DNA of 64,000 bases, taken from positions 10,276 through 74,275 of the forward strand of contig JBDLJL010000003.1 of the NCBI GenBank assembly GCA_039714415.1, given 5' to 3'. The notes under the pieces were generated by a model, which did not search any database, was not told the DNA's origin, and was given only the letters and a program-made list of their open reading frames with translations. Shown one piece after another: positions 55,941-64,000 of the stretch. The DNA is from Bacteroidota bacterium. Lineage in GTDB: Bacteria > Bacteroidota > Bacteroidia > Bacteroidales > NBLH01. The translations under genes and the position numbers were made by a program. The first letter of the stretch is position 1; each line of letters opens with the position of its first letter.

Positions 55941-58229
55941 TTACTTGTTAAGGTTTTCCAATTCAGCTTTCAGCTTTGCAATCTGGTCGTAAAGATCTTT
56001 TTCATTTTGCTTTTGCTTATCAAGATCTGTTTCGAGTGTTTTTAAGTCCGTTTTGTTAAAGGCAATAACTTTAATCTTGTTTACCTTACCTGATTTATCC
56101 TTAATAGGAATATAGGTTTCTGATAACCAAATATTTTTTTGTGCAACCAAAATGTTTCGCTCCAAATTACATATATTGCCTGACCTTACATCGTTCCACA
56201 ATTGTTCCAGCTTAACTTCATTTTCTTTACCCGTTTGTGTTTTATAATCCCAATAACTTGTACTAATTATAGTTTTTTTAGATTTTTTTAAGACTTCAAT
56301 GAACGCATTGTTTATTTCAAGTATATTCCCGTCCAGATCAAGTTTAGCAACCAATGCAAAGGTGTTAATGCTCTCATTAATAATTTCACTTTCAAGGTTT
56401 TTATCCTCAAGATGAATGTTTTCTTGCTTCAAGTTATTCATTGCATCCTTAAAATTATCTGTTTCCATTTTATATAATAAAAACTCTTTTTCATTTTGTT
56501 CAAATTTTTCTGTGGTTTCAAGGAAAGCAGCCGAAATTGCAAATGAAGCCCCCAGATATTTACTTAATTCATTAATAAATTCAAGTTCAAATTTTTTAAA
56601 TTTATTTAATGAAGCCAGTTCAATAATTCCATAAACTTTATTTTCCAGTTTTATTGGGAGAACAATAATGTTTTTAGGTTTTGCTTCTCCAAACCCGGAT
56701 GAGATTTTAAAATAATCTTCAGGAATATCTGTAATATTAATAATCTTTTTTTCCTCAACTGCCGTTCCAATAATTCCTTCACCTTTAATCACAGGACGTT
56801 GATAATGTTTTTGTTTTCCAAAGGCAATACTTGCCACTAAATCAAAAGAATTATCCTTGCCGGTTGCCGGCAAATAAATTGCACCCATTGGAATATTCAA
56901 ATAATCTACCAGATTACTAAGTATCTCTTTTGCATGTACCTGTGGTTTCTCAAAGTTTTGCCTAAGAACTTCTGAAAAACTTGCCAGCCCTTTCCGAATC
57001 CATTTATTTATATATGTTTCATTAGTTTCAGTTTTTAATTGCTTGTTCAGGTTTTCAATATGTTTGTTTAGAATGTTTATTTCAGGGAATATTGCATTCT
57101 TATAACTTTTTTTGGTAAATGGTTCAGACTCAGCTTTGATTAAAGCAGCCATCATTTTAGAACTTAAGTCCAATTTTTCAGAAAAAAAGTTCATTTGTTT
57201 TTGCAATTCTATATAATCATCATTTGGGACTTCATCAGGAGCTTTGACCAGATTACCTTTTATAAGTGATGAAAAATATTGTTCTGATTCTTTAAGGAAT
57301 AGTTTTACACGCTTTGCTGTTTGGAAATGGAATATAATATTTATTGAGATACTTAGCAGGATTAGAAAGACAATAATAAAGAGTGTGAATATGTTACCTT
57401 TTGTTTGTTTGAGCTCTACCTGATCAATTGCCTCAACAATCCGGTTATCAATTTTTTGATAATTAGTAGCAAGATTCTGCCTGATTCCATCACCTTTGCG
57501 AATGCCAATTTGCATTAACTTTCGGGCAAATAAGTTAAAAACCTGTTTATATTCCTGTAGGCCATCTATTAATCTTAAGTAATAATAATTGTTTGAGTTT
57601 CCTTTTTTACGGCTTAATTCTTTTAATAAGGCATCAATATGATTATTTGAGATATTTAATATTTGAATGTCATTGTATAAATAAAAGACCTTGCGATATA
57701 CTTTTATTTGATTAAAATGAACCTGAATGTTTGATAATCCGGTAGTATTTGTCAGTTTCTTTTGAAAGTTATTTTCCGCAATAAGAAGGTGGCTATATAT
57801 GCCGGTGTGTTCATTTCCTGCTTCTTTTATATATTTTAAGAATAACTTATTTTCTGATCTTAGTTTCAGAAGATCTTCATTCAAACTACTATACAAAATA
57901 TTTAGTGTAGCATCTTTTTTATTCGCCAGACTTAGTTCTTTTATTTTATTTTGGGCAATTTCAAATCGTTGTTTAAAATTCTCAGTATTCGTATTTTTGT
58001 CGGTACTAAAAAGAAGTTCATCTAACGATTCTTTATCCAGAAAGTTGGTTTGTGTTTTTTCAAGGCTTAAAATATCAGATTTTAAACTATATAATTCAGT
58101 TACAACCTTATCTTTATCTACGTGCCACATATAAAACCATAGCGCATAAAAAAATGCCACCAATATGATTAATGTGTATCCGGAAATAATTTTAATTAAT
58201 TCCAGTTTTGTGTTATTTTTTTTAAACAA
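55941..58229 (-). CDS. Membrane sensor protein: TM, helical extracytoplasmic domain, TM, GAF, coiled coil, PAS, coiled coil; no catalytic output domain
   Basis: TM1 is IISGYTLIILVAFFYALWFYMW and TM2 is IFTLFIIVFLILLSISINIIFHF. The GAF-like block is MGAIYLP...GEGIIGTAVEEKKIINITDIP...VLPIKLENKVYGIIELASL. The PAS-like block is FALVAKLDLDGNILEINNAF...NIWLSETYIPIKDKSGKVNKI. The protein ends in a coiled coil. Confidence 0.65.
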   Translation of the reverse strand: MFKKNNTKLELIKIISGYTLIILVAFFYALWFYMWHVDKDKVVTELYSLKSDILSLEKTQTNFLDKESLDELLFSTDKNTNTENFKQRFEIAQNKIKELSLANKKDATLNILYSSLNEDLLKLRSENKLFLKYIKEAGNEHTGIYSHLLIAENNFQKKLTNTTGLSNIQVHFNQIKVYRKVFYLYNDIQILNISNNHIDALLKELSRKKGNSNNYYYLRLIDGLQEYKQVFNLFARKLMQIGIRKGDGIRQNLATNYQKIDNRIVEAIDQVELKQTKGNIFTLFIIVFLILLSISINIIFHFQTAKRVKLFLKESEQYFSSLIKGNLVKAPDEVPNDDYIELQKQMNFFSEKLDLSSKMMAALIKAESEPFTKKSYKNAIFPEINILNKHIENLNKQLKTETNETYINKWIRKGLASFSEVLRQNFEKPQVHAKEILSNLVDYLNIPMGAIYLPATGKDNSFDLVASIAFGKQKHYQRPVIKGEGIIGTAVEEKKIINITDIPEDYFKISSGFGEAKPKNIIVLPIKLENKVYGIIELASLNKFKKFELEFINELSKYLGASFAISAAFLETTEKFEQNEKEFLLYKMETDNFKDAMNNLKQENIHLEDKNLESEIINESINTFALVAKLDLDGNILEINNAFIEVLKKSKKTIISTSYWDYKTQTGKENEVKLEQLWNDVRSGNICNLERNILVAQKNIWLSETYIPIKDKSGKVNKIKVIAFNKTDLKTLETDLDKQKQNEKDLYDQIAKLKAELENLNK

Positions 58230-58621
58230 TTTTTTATAACTAAAAGATTAAAAAAAAAAATATGAACTTAAAGAAGAAAAAACTTTTCTTTACATTATTA
58301 CAAACGTACATATTTTTTTTACATTTAAGATAAACAAAAAATGAAACAGAATAAAAATGCTAAACATGCAAATTATATGCAGAAAATGTTAATAATTCCA
58401 GTCAAATAAATAAAATCTTCATATATGATTGTAAATCAGGAAATAATAAGTATCAAGATTGAATTTAATTGATGTGTATTGGAGATCTTATATTTTGCAA
58501 TAACGACAAAATTTACTTTTTTATAGATTATATTAAAATTAATTAGAAAATTATTTGATAATTAAAAGAATAATCACGACTTTTGCACACCGATTTTCAG
58601 AAAAGTAAAATTGTAAAAGAG

Positions 58622-58864
58622 ATGTCAAGAATTTGTGAAATTACAGGAAAAAAATTAATGACCGGTAATAATGTTTCTCACTCAAAAAGGAGAACCAAGA
58701 GAAAATTTTATCCGAACTTATTTAAAAAGAAGTTCTATTTACCGGAAGAAGACAGATGGATTACCTTAAAAATATCAGCTGCTGGTATCAGAAACATTAA
58801 TAAGAATGGACTGAAAAAAACCTTGGATCAAGCGGTAGAAAAAGGGTTCATTAAAAGTTATTAA
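58622..58864 (+). CDS. rpmB: 50S ribosomal protein L28
   Basis: [27 protein letters not shown] is present. The track ORF starts earlier at a non-ATG codon; ATG 58622 fits the L28 N-terminus. Confidence 0.93.
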   Translation: MSRICEITGKKLMTGNNVSHSKRRTKRKFYPNLFKKKFYLPEEDRWITLKISAAGIRNINKNGLKKTLDQAVEKGFIKSY

Positions 58865-58883
58865 TCTTTAAAATATACAGAAA

Positions 58884-59066
58884 ATGGCTAAGAAAGGTAA
58901 CAGAGTTCAGGTTATTCTTGAGTGTACTGAACATAAGGAAAGTGGTATGCCGGGAACTTCAAGATATATTAGTACAAAAAACAGAAAAAATACACCTGGC
59001 AGGCTTGAGTTAAAAAAGTATAATCCGGTATTAAAAAAAGTTACTCTACACAGAGAAATAAAATAG
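58884..59066 (+). CDS. rpmG: 50S ribosomal protein L33
   Basis: [18 protein letters not shown]...[22 protein letters not shown] is present. Confidence 0.93.
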   Translation: MAKKGNRVQVILECTEHKESGMPGTSRYISTKNRKNTPGRLELKKYNPVLKKVTLHREIK

Positions 59067-59072
59067 TTTATT

Positions 59073-59231
59073 ATGGCTAAGAAAGTAGTTGCTACATTAC
59101 AGAAAGGTGAGGGAAGAACCTTTTCCAAAGTTATTAAAATGGAAAAATCACCTAAAACAGGGGCTTATATATTTAAAGAAGCAATGGTTCCAAATGAGGC
59201 AGTAAAAGATTTTTTTGCTAAGAAAAAGTAA
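59073..59231 (+). CDS. DUF4295-family small basic protein (52 aa, below the ORF-track cutoff)
   Basis: My own translation from ATG 59073 gives MAKKVVATLQKGEGRTFSKVIKMEKSPKTGAYIFKEAMVPNEAVKDFFAKKK, with stop TAA at 59229-59231. It sits in the conserved L28-L33-DUF4295-FtsY position of Bacteroidota. Confidence 0.75.
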   Translation: MAKKVVATLQKGEGRTFSKVIKMEKSPKTGAYIFKEAMVPNEAVKDFFAKKK

Positions 59232-59255
59232 AAAAAAAAAGAAACATGTACAGGG

Positions 59256-59288
59256 AAAGCTTTCTACTTATGGAGAAGGCTTTTTTTG
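59256..59288 (+). terminator. Intrinsic terminator after the L28-L33-DUF4295 unit
   Basis: AAAGCTTTC (59256-59264) pairs with GAAGGCTTT (59275-59283) with one G-U, followed by a T-run. Confidence 0.75.
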
Positions 59289-59293
59289 TATTT

Positions 59294-59468
59294 AGGTAAT
59301 TTCTAAAAATGCGAATTTCTTCGTTGCTATAAAATTTCAAAATTACTCACTAATTTTTATAATATATATAAGGTGTTTGTGAGTCGCTTCGCTAAGTTCT
59401 CATTTGCGGTAGTAAACTGTGGTTTTGAAATTTTTTATGCATGGAGCTTTACTTTTTTGAGATTACCT
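59294..59468. repeat. Copy D (full length, 175 bp, diverged core) of the MITE-like element
   Basis: The ends are AGGTAATTTCTAAAAAT ... TTTTTTGAGATTACCT. The internal CGCTTCGCTAAGTTC...CATTTGCGGTAGTAAACTGTGGTTTTGAAATTTTTT is alignable with copy C. Direct TTTA flanks both ends. Confidence 0.7.
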
Positions 59469-59583
59469 TTATTTGGTTTTAGTTATTTATATCTAAAGAG
59501 TTTATTGTTATACTTTTATAGCTTGTCCATTAACATATAGATTGCAATATTTAAACAATATAACAATTTAACAATTGAATAAT

Positions 59584-60543
59584 ATGGCAGTATTCGGTTT
59601 ATTTTCAAAAGAAAGTAAAGATAGTCTAGACAAAGGGTTGGAAAAAACCAAAGAAAGTGTCTTAAAAAAACTATCCAGGGCAGTTGCAGGCAAATCAAAA
59701 GTAGATGAAGATCTATTAGATGAACTTGAAGAAGTGTTGATTAGTTCAGATGTAGGTGTGGATACTACTTTAAAGATCATTGACCGTATTGAGGCAAGGG
59801 TAAAAAAAGAAAAATATTTTGGAACCAGCGAATTAAAAAAGATATTAAAAGAAGAAATTGCTGCTCTTTTAAACGAAAATGAAGCCAGTACCACAATATT
59901 GGACGAAAGTTCTTTTTCAGGTAAAGATGGTAACCCTTATGTTATCATGGTAGTTGGTGTAAATGGAGTGGGAAAAACTACTACCATTGGGAAACTGGCA
60001 CATATGTTTAAAGAAGCAGGTAAAAAAGTTTACCTGGGGGCTGCTGATACTTTTCGTGCCGCAGCGGTTGATCAGTTGGTTATTTGGTCTGAAAGGGTAG
60101 GTGTACCTATCATAAAGCAAAAAATGGGTTCGGATCCTGCTTCCGTAGCTTATGACACTTTAGATTCTGCAATAAAAAATCAGGCAGATATTGTGATTAT
60201 TGATACAGCGGGTCGCTTGCATAATAAAATTAACCTGATGAATGAGCTAAGCAAAATTAAAAAGGTAATGCAAAAACTCATTCCTAATGCTCCCCATGAA
60301 ATTCTTTTAATCCTAGATGGTTCTACCGGCCAAAATGCATTTGCGCAGGCTAAAGAATTTATAAAAGCAACTGAAGTAAATGCTATTGCGTTAACCAAAT
60401 TAGACGGAACAGCTAAAGGCGGAGTTGCAATTGGTATTTCGGACCAATTTAAAATCCCTATTAAATATATTGGTATTGGTGAAAGCATTAAAGATTTACA
60501 AATTTTTGATAAAGAAGAATTTGTTGATACACTTTTTAAATGA
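59584..60543 (+). CDS. ftsY: Signal recognition particle receptor FtsY
   Basis: GVNGVGKTTTIGKLA, DTAGRLHNK and LTKLDGTAKGG are present. ATG 59584 (MAVFGLFSK) is preferred over TTG 59575. Confidence 0.95.
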   Translation: MAVFGLFSKESKDSLDKGLEKTKESVLKKLSRAVAGKSKVDEDLLDELEEVLISSDVGVDTTLKIIDRIEARVKKEKYFGTSELKKILKEEIAALLNENEASTTILDESSFSGKDGNPYVIMVVGVNGVGKTTTIGKLAHMFKEAGKKVYLGAADTFRAAAVDQLVIWSERVGVPIIKQKMGSDPASVAYDTLDSAIKNQADIVIIDTAGRLHNKINLMNELSKIKKVMQKLIPNAPHEILLILDGSTGQNAFAQAKEFIKATEVNAIALTKLDGTAKGGVAIGISDQFKIPIKYIGIGESIKDLQIFDKEEFVDTLFK

Positions 60544-60598
60544 TGAACAATTATTAAACAAGTGAACCTGTCTTTAAAGACTTGATTTAACTAATAGC

Positions 60599-61897
60599 TT
60601 GAAAAAACATAAAGTAAATATTATAACCCTTGGTTGCTCAAAAAATACAGTTGATAGTGAGCACCTTGCCGCACAGCTTAAAGCCGGTAAAACAGAAGTG
60701 TTGTTTGATTCAAACAGTACTGATGCTGATACCATTGTAATAAACACTTGTGGCTTTATAAAAGATGCAAAAGAAGAATCAATTGATACCATATTAAAAT
60801 ATGCCCGCGCCAAAGAAGATGATTTAATTAAGAGTCTGTATGTAATGGGTTGTCTTTCAGAGCGATATAGAGTTGAGCTGAAAAATGAAATTAAAGAAGT
60901 TGATCAGTACTTTGGTGTAAATGATCTATCTAAAATATTAAAGACTTTAAATACCAAATATAAAGACGAACTTGTTGGAGAACGTGAACTTTCTACCCCA
61001 AAACATTATGCATATCTAAAGATATCTGAAGGTTGTGACCGAACCTGCTCTTTCTGTGCCATCCCCCTAATTCGTGGTAAACATAAATCCATTCCAATGG
61101 AAATCCTTATAGATGAAGCTAAAAAGCTTGCTGATAAGGGTGTAAAAGAACTAATTCTTATTGCACAGGATTTAACATATTATGGAATAGATATCTATAA
61201 TAAACAGATGCTCACTGAGCTCTTAAAAGAATTAGTTAAGATTGAAAAGCTGAAATGGATACGTTTGCATTATTCCTATCCTGCAATGTTCCCTGATGAG
61301 TTAATTGAATTAATTTCTAACGAGGAAAAAATTTGCAATTACCTTGATATTCCTGTTCAGCATGTTAGTGATAGTGTATTAAAAAAAATGCGTAGGGCGC
61401 ACAATAAGCAGTCAACTATTGAATTGATTGAAAAAATTAGGAGATCAAACCCAAACATTGTTTTAAGAACAACTTTATTAGTTGGTTACCCCGGTGAAAG
61501 TGAACGGGATTATGCAGAGCTAACTGAATTTGTAAAGAAAACAAAGTTTGATCGACTGGGAATTTTTACTTATTCTGAGGAAGAAGGGACTTTCGGTGCT
61601 GCTAATCATAAAGATGACGTTGAAGAAAACGAAAAAACCAGAAGAGCTGAAGAAATAATGGTGCTTCAGGAACAAATTTCTTTACAACTAAACCAAAAAA
61701 GAATTGGAAAAACCATGGAAGTGCTTGTTGACCGCTTAGAAGATAATTATTATGTTGCACGTTCAGAATATGACTCCCCTGAAGTTGATAACGAAATTTT
61801 AATACCTATAGAAAACAATCAACTTGAAATTGGTGAGTTTTATAAAGTGAAAATTGAATCCTCGCGTGAATATGACCTCTTTGCAAGCCTTATTTAG
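60599..61897 (+). CDS. rimO: Ribosomal protein S12 methylthiotransferase RimO
   Basis: An N-terminal MTTase cluster (ITLGCSKN...NTCGF), a radical SAM CDRTCSFC motif and a C-terminal TRAM domain are present. The TTG start gives MKKHKVNIITLGC, matching the family N-terminus. Confidence 0.92.
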   Translation: MKKHKVNIITLGCSKNTVDSEHLAAQLKAGKTEVLFDSNSTDADTIVINTCGFIKDAKEESIDTILKYARAKEDDLIKSLYVMGCLSERYRVELKNEIKEVDQYFGVNDLSKILKTLNTKYKDELVGERELSTPKHYAYLKISEGCDRTCSFCAIPLIRGKHKSIPMEILIDEAKKLADKGVKELILIAQDLTYYGIDIYNKQMLTELLKELVKIEKLKWIRLHYSYPAMFPDELIELISNEEKICNYLDIPVQHVSDSVLKKMRRAHNKQSTIELIEKIRRSNPNIVLRTTLLVGYPGESERDYAELTEFVKKTKFDRLGIFTYSEEEGTFGAANHKDDVEENEKTRRAEEIMVLQEQISLQLNQKRIGKTMEVLVDRLEDNYYVARSEYDSPEVDNEILIPIENNQLEIGEFYKVKIESSREYDLFASLI

Positions 61898-62026
61898 TTT
61901 CTTTGCAAATTTATGAAAATACTATATGCAGAGCATTACTTTTTATACTAAGCGTTTTCATTAAAAGTAACCCTTATAACAAGTTAATATATAGCTACTG
62001 AATGACAATTGAATAACTATATATTG

Positions 62027-63802
62027 TTAATGCTCTGAAATATTCTTTAAAATTCGCCGATAATTTGAAAACACATTTGCCCTGGATACAAATCCAACAT
62101 ATTTACCGTTTTCAAGAACAACTATGTTAAATCGCCTTGAGTGTTGTATTTTGTGGGCCACATCTTCCATTGAATCGTTTAAAGCTACAAATGTTGAGGG
62201 GACGTACATAAGGTCTTTTACATAAACTGAGTCGTACTCTTCCGGTTTGAACATAATATGCCTGATATCATTCAGTGTAACTACACCAAGGAACGTGTTA
62301 TCAGAGTCAACAATTGGAAAAATATTTCGAGGGGATTCCGAAACTGCCTGAACTAAATCTGCAAGTGTAGCTTCTTTTTTAATTGTTTTAAAATCCGTTT
62401 CCAGTATTTGGCGAACTTTCATTAATGTTAAAACATTTTTATCAGCATGGTGGGTAAGCAGTTCTTTTCTTTTAGCCAATTGTATTGTATATACATTGTT
62501 GGGCTCAAAAAATTTGATGGTTGCATAAGAAATCGTTGCCGTAATCATCAAGGGCATAAAAAGAGCATATCCTTGTGTTAAATCAGCTATTAAAAATAAA
62601 CCGGTTAAGGGTGCGTGTAGTACTCCGGCAATTAAGCCTGCCATACCAACCAGTACATAGTTATTTATCGAAATGTCCTTAAAACCAATATATTTTAAAA
62701 ATGAAGCAAATAAAAGCCCGGTATTTGCTCCCATAAATAAAGTCGGTGCAAAGATTCCTCCAACACCTCCACTACCAAAAGTAATTGAAGTTGCTATCAC
62801 TTTCATTAAGGTTATGACAAGTATCAATATTAATACTACAATGATATTATCACTATAAGCGCTAAAAAAACTATTCGTGAAAAGGAAGTCATAACTTCCA
62901 TGAAGAGCTTCATTAACAGCCTCATATCCATCACCATATAAAGGAGGGAAGAAAAGGATAATAATACCGAGTGATAGTCCGCCAATAATTAATTTATTAT
63001 ATGAATGTTTAATTTTTTCAAAAAGTTGGCCTATAAACATGTAGATTCTCGTAAAATAAACTGATAACAAGCCAGTGAGAATTCCTAATAAGATATAAAA
63101 AGGTAAATCATCAAACTGAAATTTTCCAAGAATTTCAACCTTGTATATTACGTTTTGTCCTAAAAAAGCGTAAGAAGTCAAAGTACCGGATGCTGCAGCA
63201 ATTAATATTGGGATTATTGAAGAAGTAGTTAAATCAATCATAATAACTTCAAAAGCAAATACAACTGCTGCAATAGGGGCTTTAAATATAGCCGCCATGG
63301 CTCCTGCTGATGCACAGCCCAATAATAACATGCGGTGTTTAAAAGTAAGATGCAATAACCTACCAATATTAGAGCCAATGGCACCACCGGTTGCAACTGT
63401 AGGGCCTTCAAGACCCACTGACCCGCCAAACCCTACTGTTAAAGCACTGGTAATTACCGATGAAAATAAATTGTGCACTTTTACAAAGCCATGGTTTTTT
63501 GATATTGAATATAGTACACTTGGAATACCATGCCCAACCCGTTGTTTTAAAATAAATTTAATGAAAAGAACAGCCAGGGTAATTCCAATTATAGGGTAAA
63601 CCAGGTATAAATAATTGAAATATTCTTTCGATAGACCAGAATGAAGAGCTGATTGAATAAAATGTACAAGATTGTATATTACTACTGCTGCCAGACCGGA
63701 ACCAATACCTGTTAACAGGCTTAAAATCATTAAGTAAGGTTGAGTTGGCAAATGTCGGATTCGCCATATTAAAAACCGTTTAAGTAGTGATTTTTTTTTC
63801 AT
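62027..63802 (-). CDS. ClC-family chloride channel / H+-Cl- antiporter with two C-terminal CBS domains
   Basis: GHGIP, GGSVGLEGP and GGVGGIFAPTLF selectivity-filter-type motifs are present, with a C-terminal CBS pair (IFPIVDSDNTFLGVVTLNDI, NIVVLENGKYVGFVSRANV). Confidence 0.9.
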   Translation of the reverse strand: MKKKSLLKRFLIWRIRHLPTQPYLMILSLLTGIGSGLAAVVIYNLVHFIQSALHSGLSKEYFNYLYLVYPIIGITLAVLFIKFILKQRVGHGIPSVLYSISKNHGFVKVHNLFSSVITSALTVGFGGSVGLEGPTVATGGAIGSNIGRLLHLTFKHRMLLLGCASAGAMAAIFKAPIAAVVFAFEVIMIDLTTSSIIPILIAAASGTLTSYAFLGQNVIYKVEILGKFQFDDLPFYILLGILTGLLSVYFTRIYMFIGQLFEKIKHSYNKLIIGGLSLGIIILFFPPLYGDGYEAVNEALHGSYDFLFTNSFFSAYSDNIIVVLILILVITLMKVIATSITFGSGGVGGIFAPTLFMGANTGLLFASFLKYIGFKDISINNYVLVGMAGLIAGVLHAPLTGLFLIADLTQGYALFMPLMITATISYATIKFFEPNNVYTIQLAKRKELLTHHADKNVLTLMKVRQILETDFKTIKKEATLADLVQAVSESPRNIFPIVDSDNTFLGVVTLNDIRHIMFKPEEYDSVYVKDLMYVPSTFVALNDSMEDVAHKIQHSRRFNIVVLENGKYVGFVSRANVFSNYRRILKNISEH

Positions 63803-63867
63803 TTATGTAAATTCATAAAGTGTAAAACTTGTTCTCGGGCTGTGGAAGTATAAATTTATTTAATTAA

Positions 63868-64000
63868 TTATTCATTAGCAAAATATTTTCTTACTGCTGC
63901 CGGAAGTGCATCCAATAATACTGCATTTTCAGGGTCATCCGGGTCATAAACAAGTTTTTCTTTATCATCATCTTCCAATTGATAGTAATGATGGGTTTTT
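63868..64000 (-). CDS. 3' end of an unidentified gene (partial)
   Basis: My own minus-strand translation is ...KTHHYYQLEDDDKEKLVYDPDDPENAVLLDALPAAVRKYFANE, with a stop at 63870-63868. The frame is open to the window edge. No family assignment. Confidence 0.35.
   Translation of the reverse strand, partial: KTHHYYQLEDDDKEKLVYDPDDPENAVLLDALPAAVRKYFANE

Noticed and set aside
59230-59240. A11 run at the end of the DUF4295 gene, and the T10 run inside the PduO-type adenosyltransferase gene (about 53405-53414).
   Set aside because: A and T homopolymers of this length are expected in a genome this AT-rich, and here they encode Lys runs or lie at a stop codon. There is no evidence of frameshifting in the reading frames.
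240-63767. There are dozens of 60-120 aa ORFs in the track that lie inside or antisense to the long genes. Examples are 240-443, 1632-1835, 4215-4412, 6496-6741, 10141-10503, 15782-15991, 20576-20809, 21389-21676, 24129-24347, 33461-33796, 38477-38803, 46550-46849, 47261-47560, 53818-54093, 57799-58134, 59568-59894, 60180-60488 and 63297-63599.
   Set aside because: Each is fully overlapped by a longer ORF with clear family motifs. Their translations are low-complexity or Ser/Leu/Phe-rich shadow-frame products without recognisable motifs. Treated as non-coding.
1-64000. I looked for CRISPR arrays, tRNA/rRNA/tmRNA genes, transposases, integrases, phage genes, toxin-antitoxin pairs and known defence-system gene sets.
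   Set aside because: None found. There are no regularly spaced direct repeats of 25-40 nt, no tRNA-like T-arm (GGTTCGAAT-type) contexts, and no recombinase or Cas-like motifs in any ORF. The window is ordinary chromosome rather than a mobile or defence island.

Overview
AT-rich chromosomal segment that looks like Bacteroidota. The evidence is the rpmB-rpmG-DUF4295-ftsY-rimO synteny, TAnnTTTG-type -7 boxes 30-45 bp upstream of several start codons, many beta-barrel and TPR proteins, and an anaerobe-type 2-oxoacid:ferredoxin oxidoreductase with an ADP-forming acyl-CoA synthetase. I count about 59 protein-coding genes, densely packed on both strands and mostly housekeeping: glyA, serC-serA-DUF1015, nnr, trxA, yggS, rimO, ftsY, L28/L33, a POT peptide transporter, an S9 peptidase, an aminotransferase, KorDABC-like genes and a ClC channel. 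I see no rRNA, tRNA, CRISPR array, transposase, integrase or phage gene, so this does not look like a classical mobile or defence island. The non-routine content falls into four groups. (1) A SiaB/SiaC/SiaA-type kinase/phosphoprotein/PP2C partner-switch module has a tandem-duplicated kinase, an acidic-tailed SiaC-like protein and a YfiR-domain sensor phosphatase, and no diguanylate cyclase; a paralogous TPR-PP2C sensor lies 7 kb away. (2) Two sensor proteins lack any output domain: a FecR-like/CHASE2 pair next to an orphan receiver domain and a CotH-like secreted protein, and a TM-GAF-PAS protein. (3) A tight minus-strand cluster comprises a B12-type radical SAM enzyme, DUF4173, DgkA and DUF1361, sitting downstream of a PglC-like phosphoglycosyl transferase and a small wHTH regulator with matching palindromes. 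(4) Several non-coding repeat families are present: a roughly 170-bp TIR-bounded MITE-like element with a 34-nt identical core (four copies plus a TIR-only hairpin), degenerate heptanucleotide tandem repeats in many intergenic regions, and REP-like hairpins. All functional calls come from reading motifs in the supplied translations. No database search was run.
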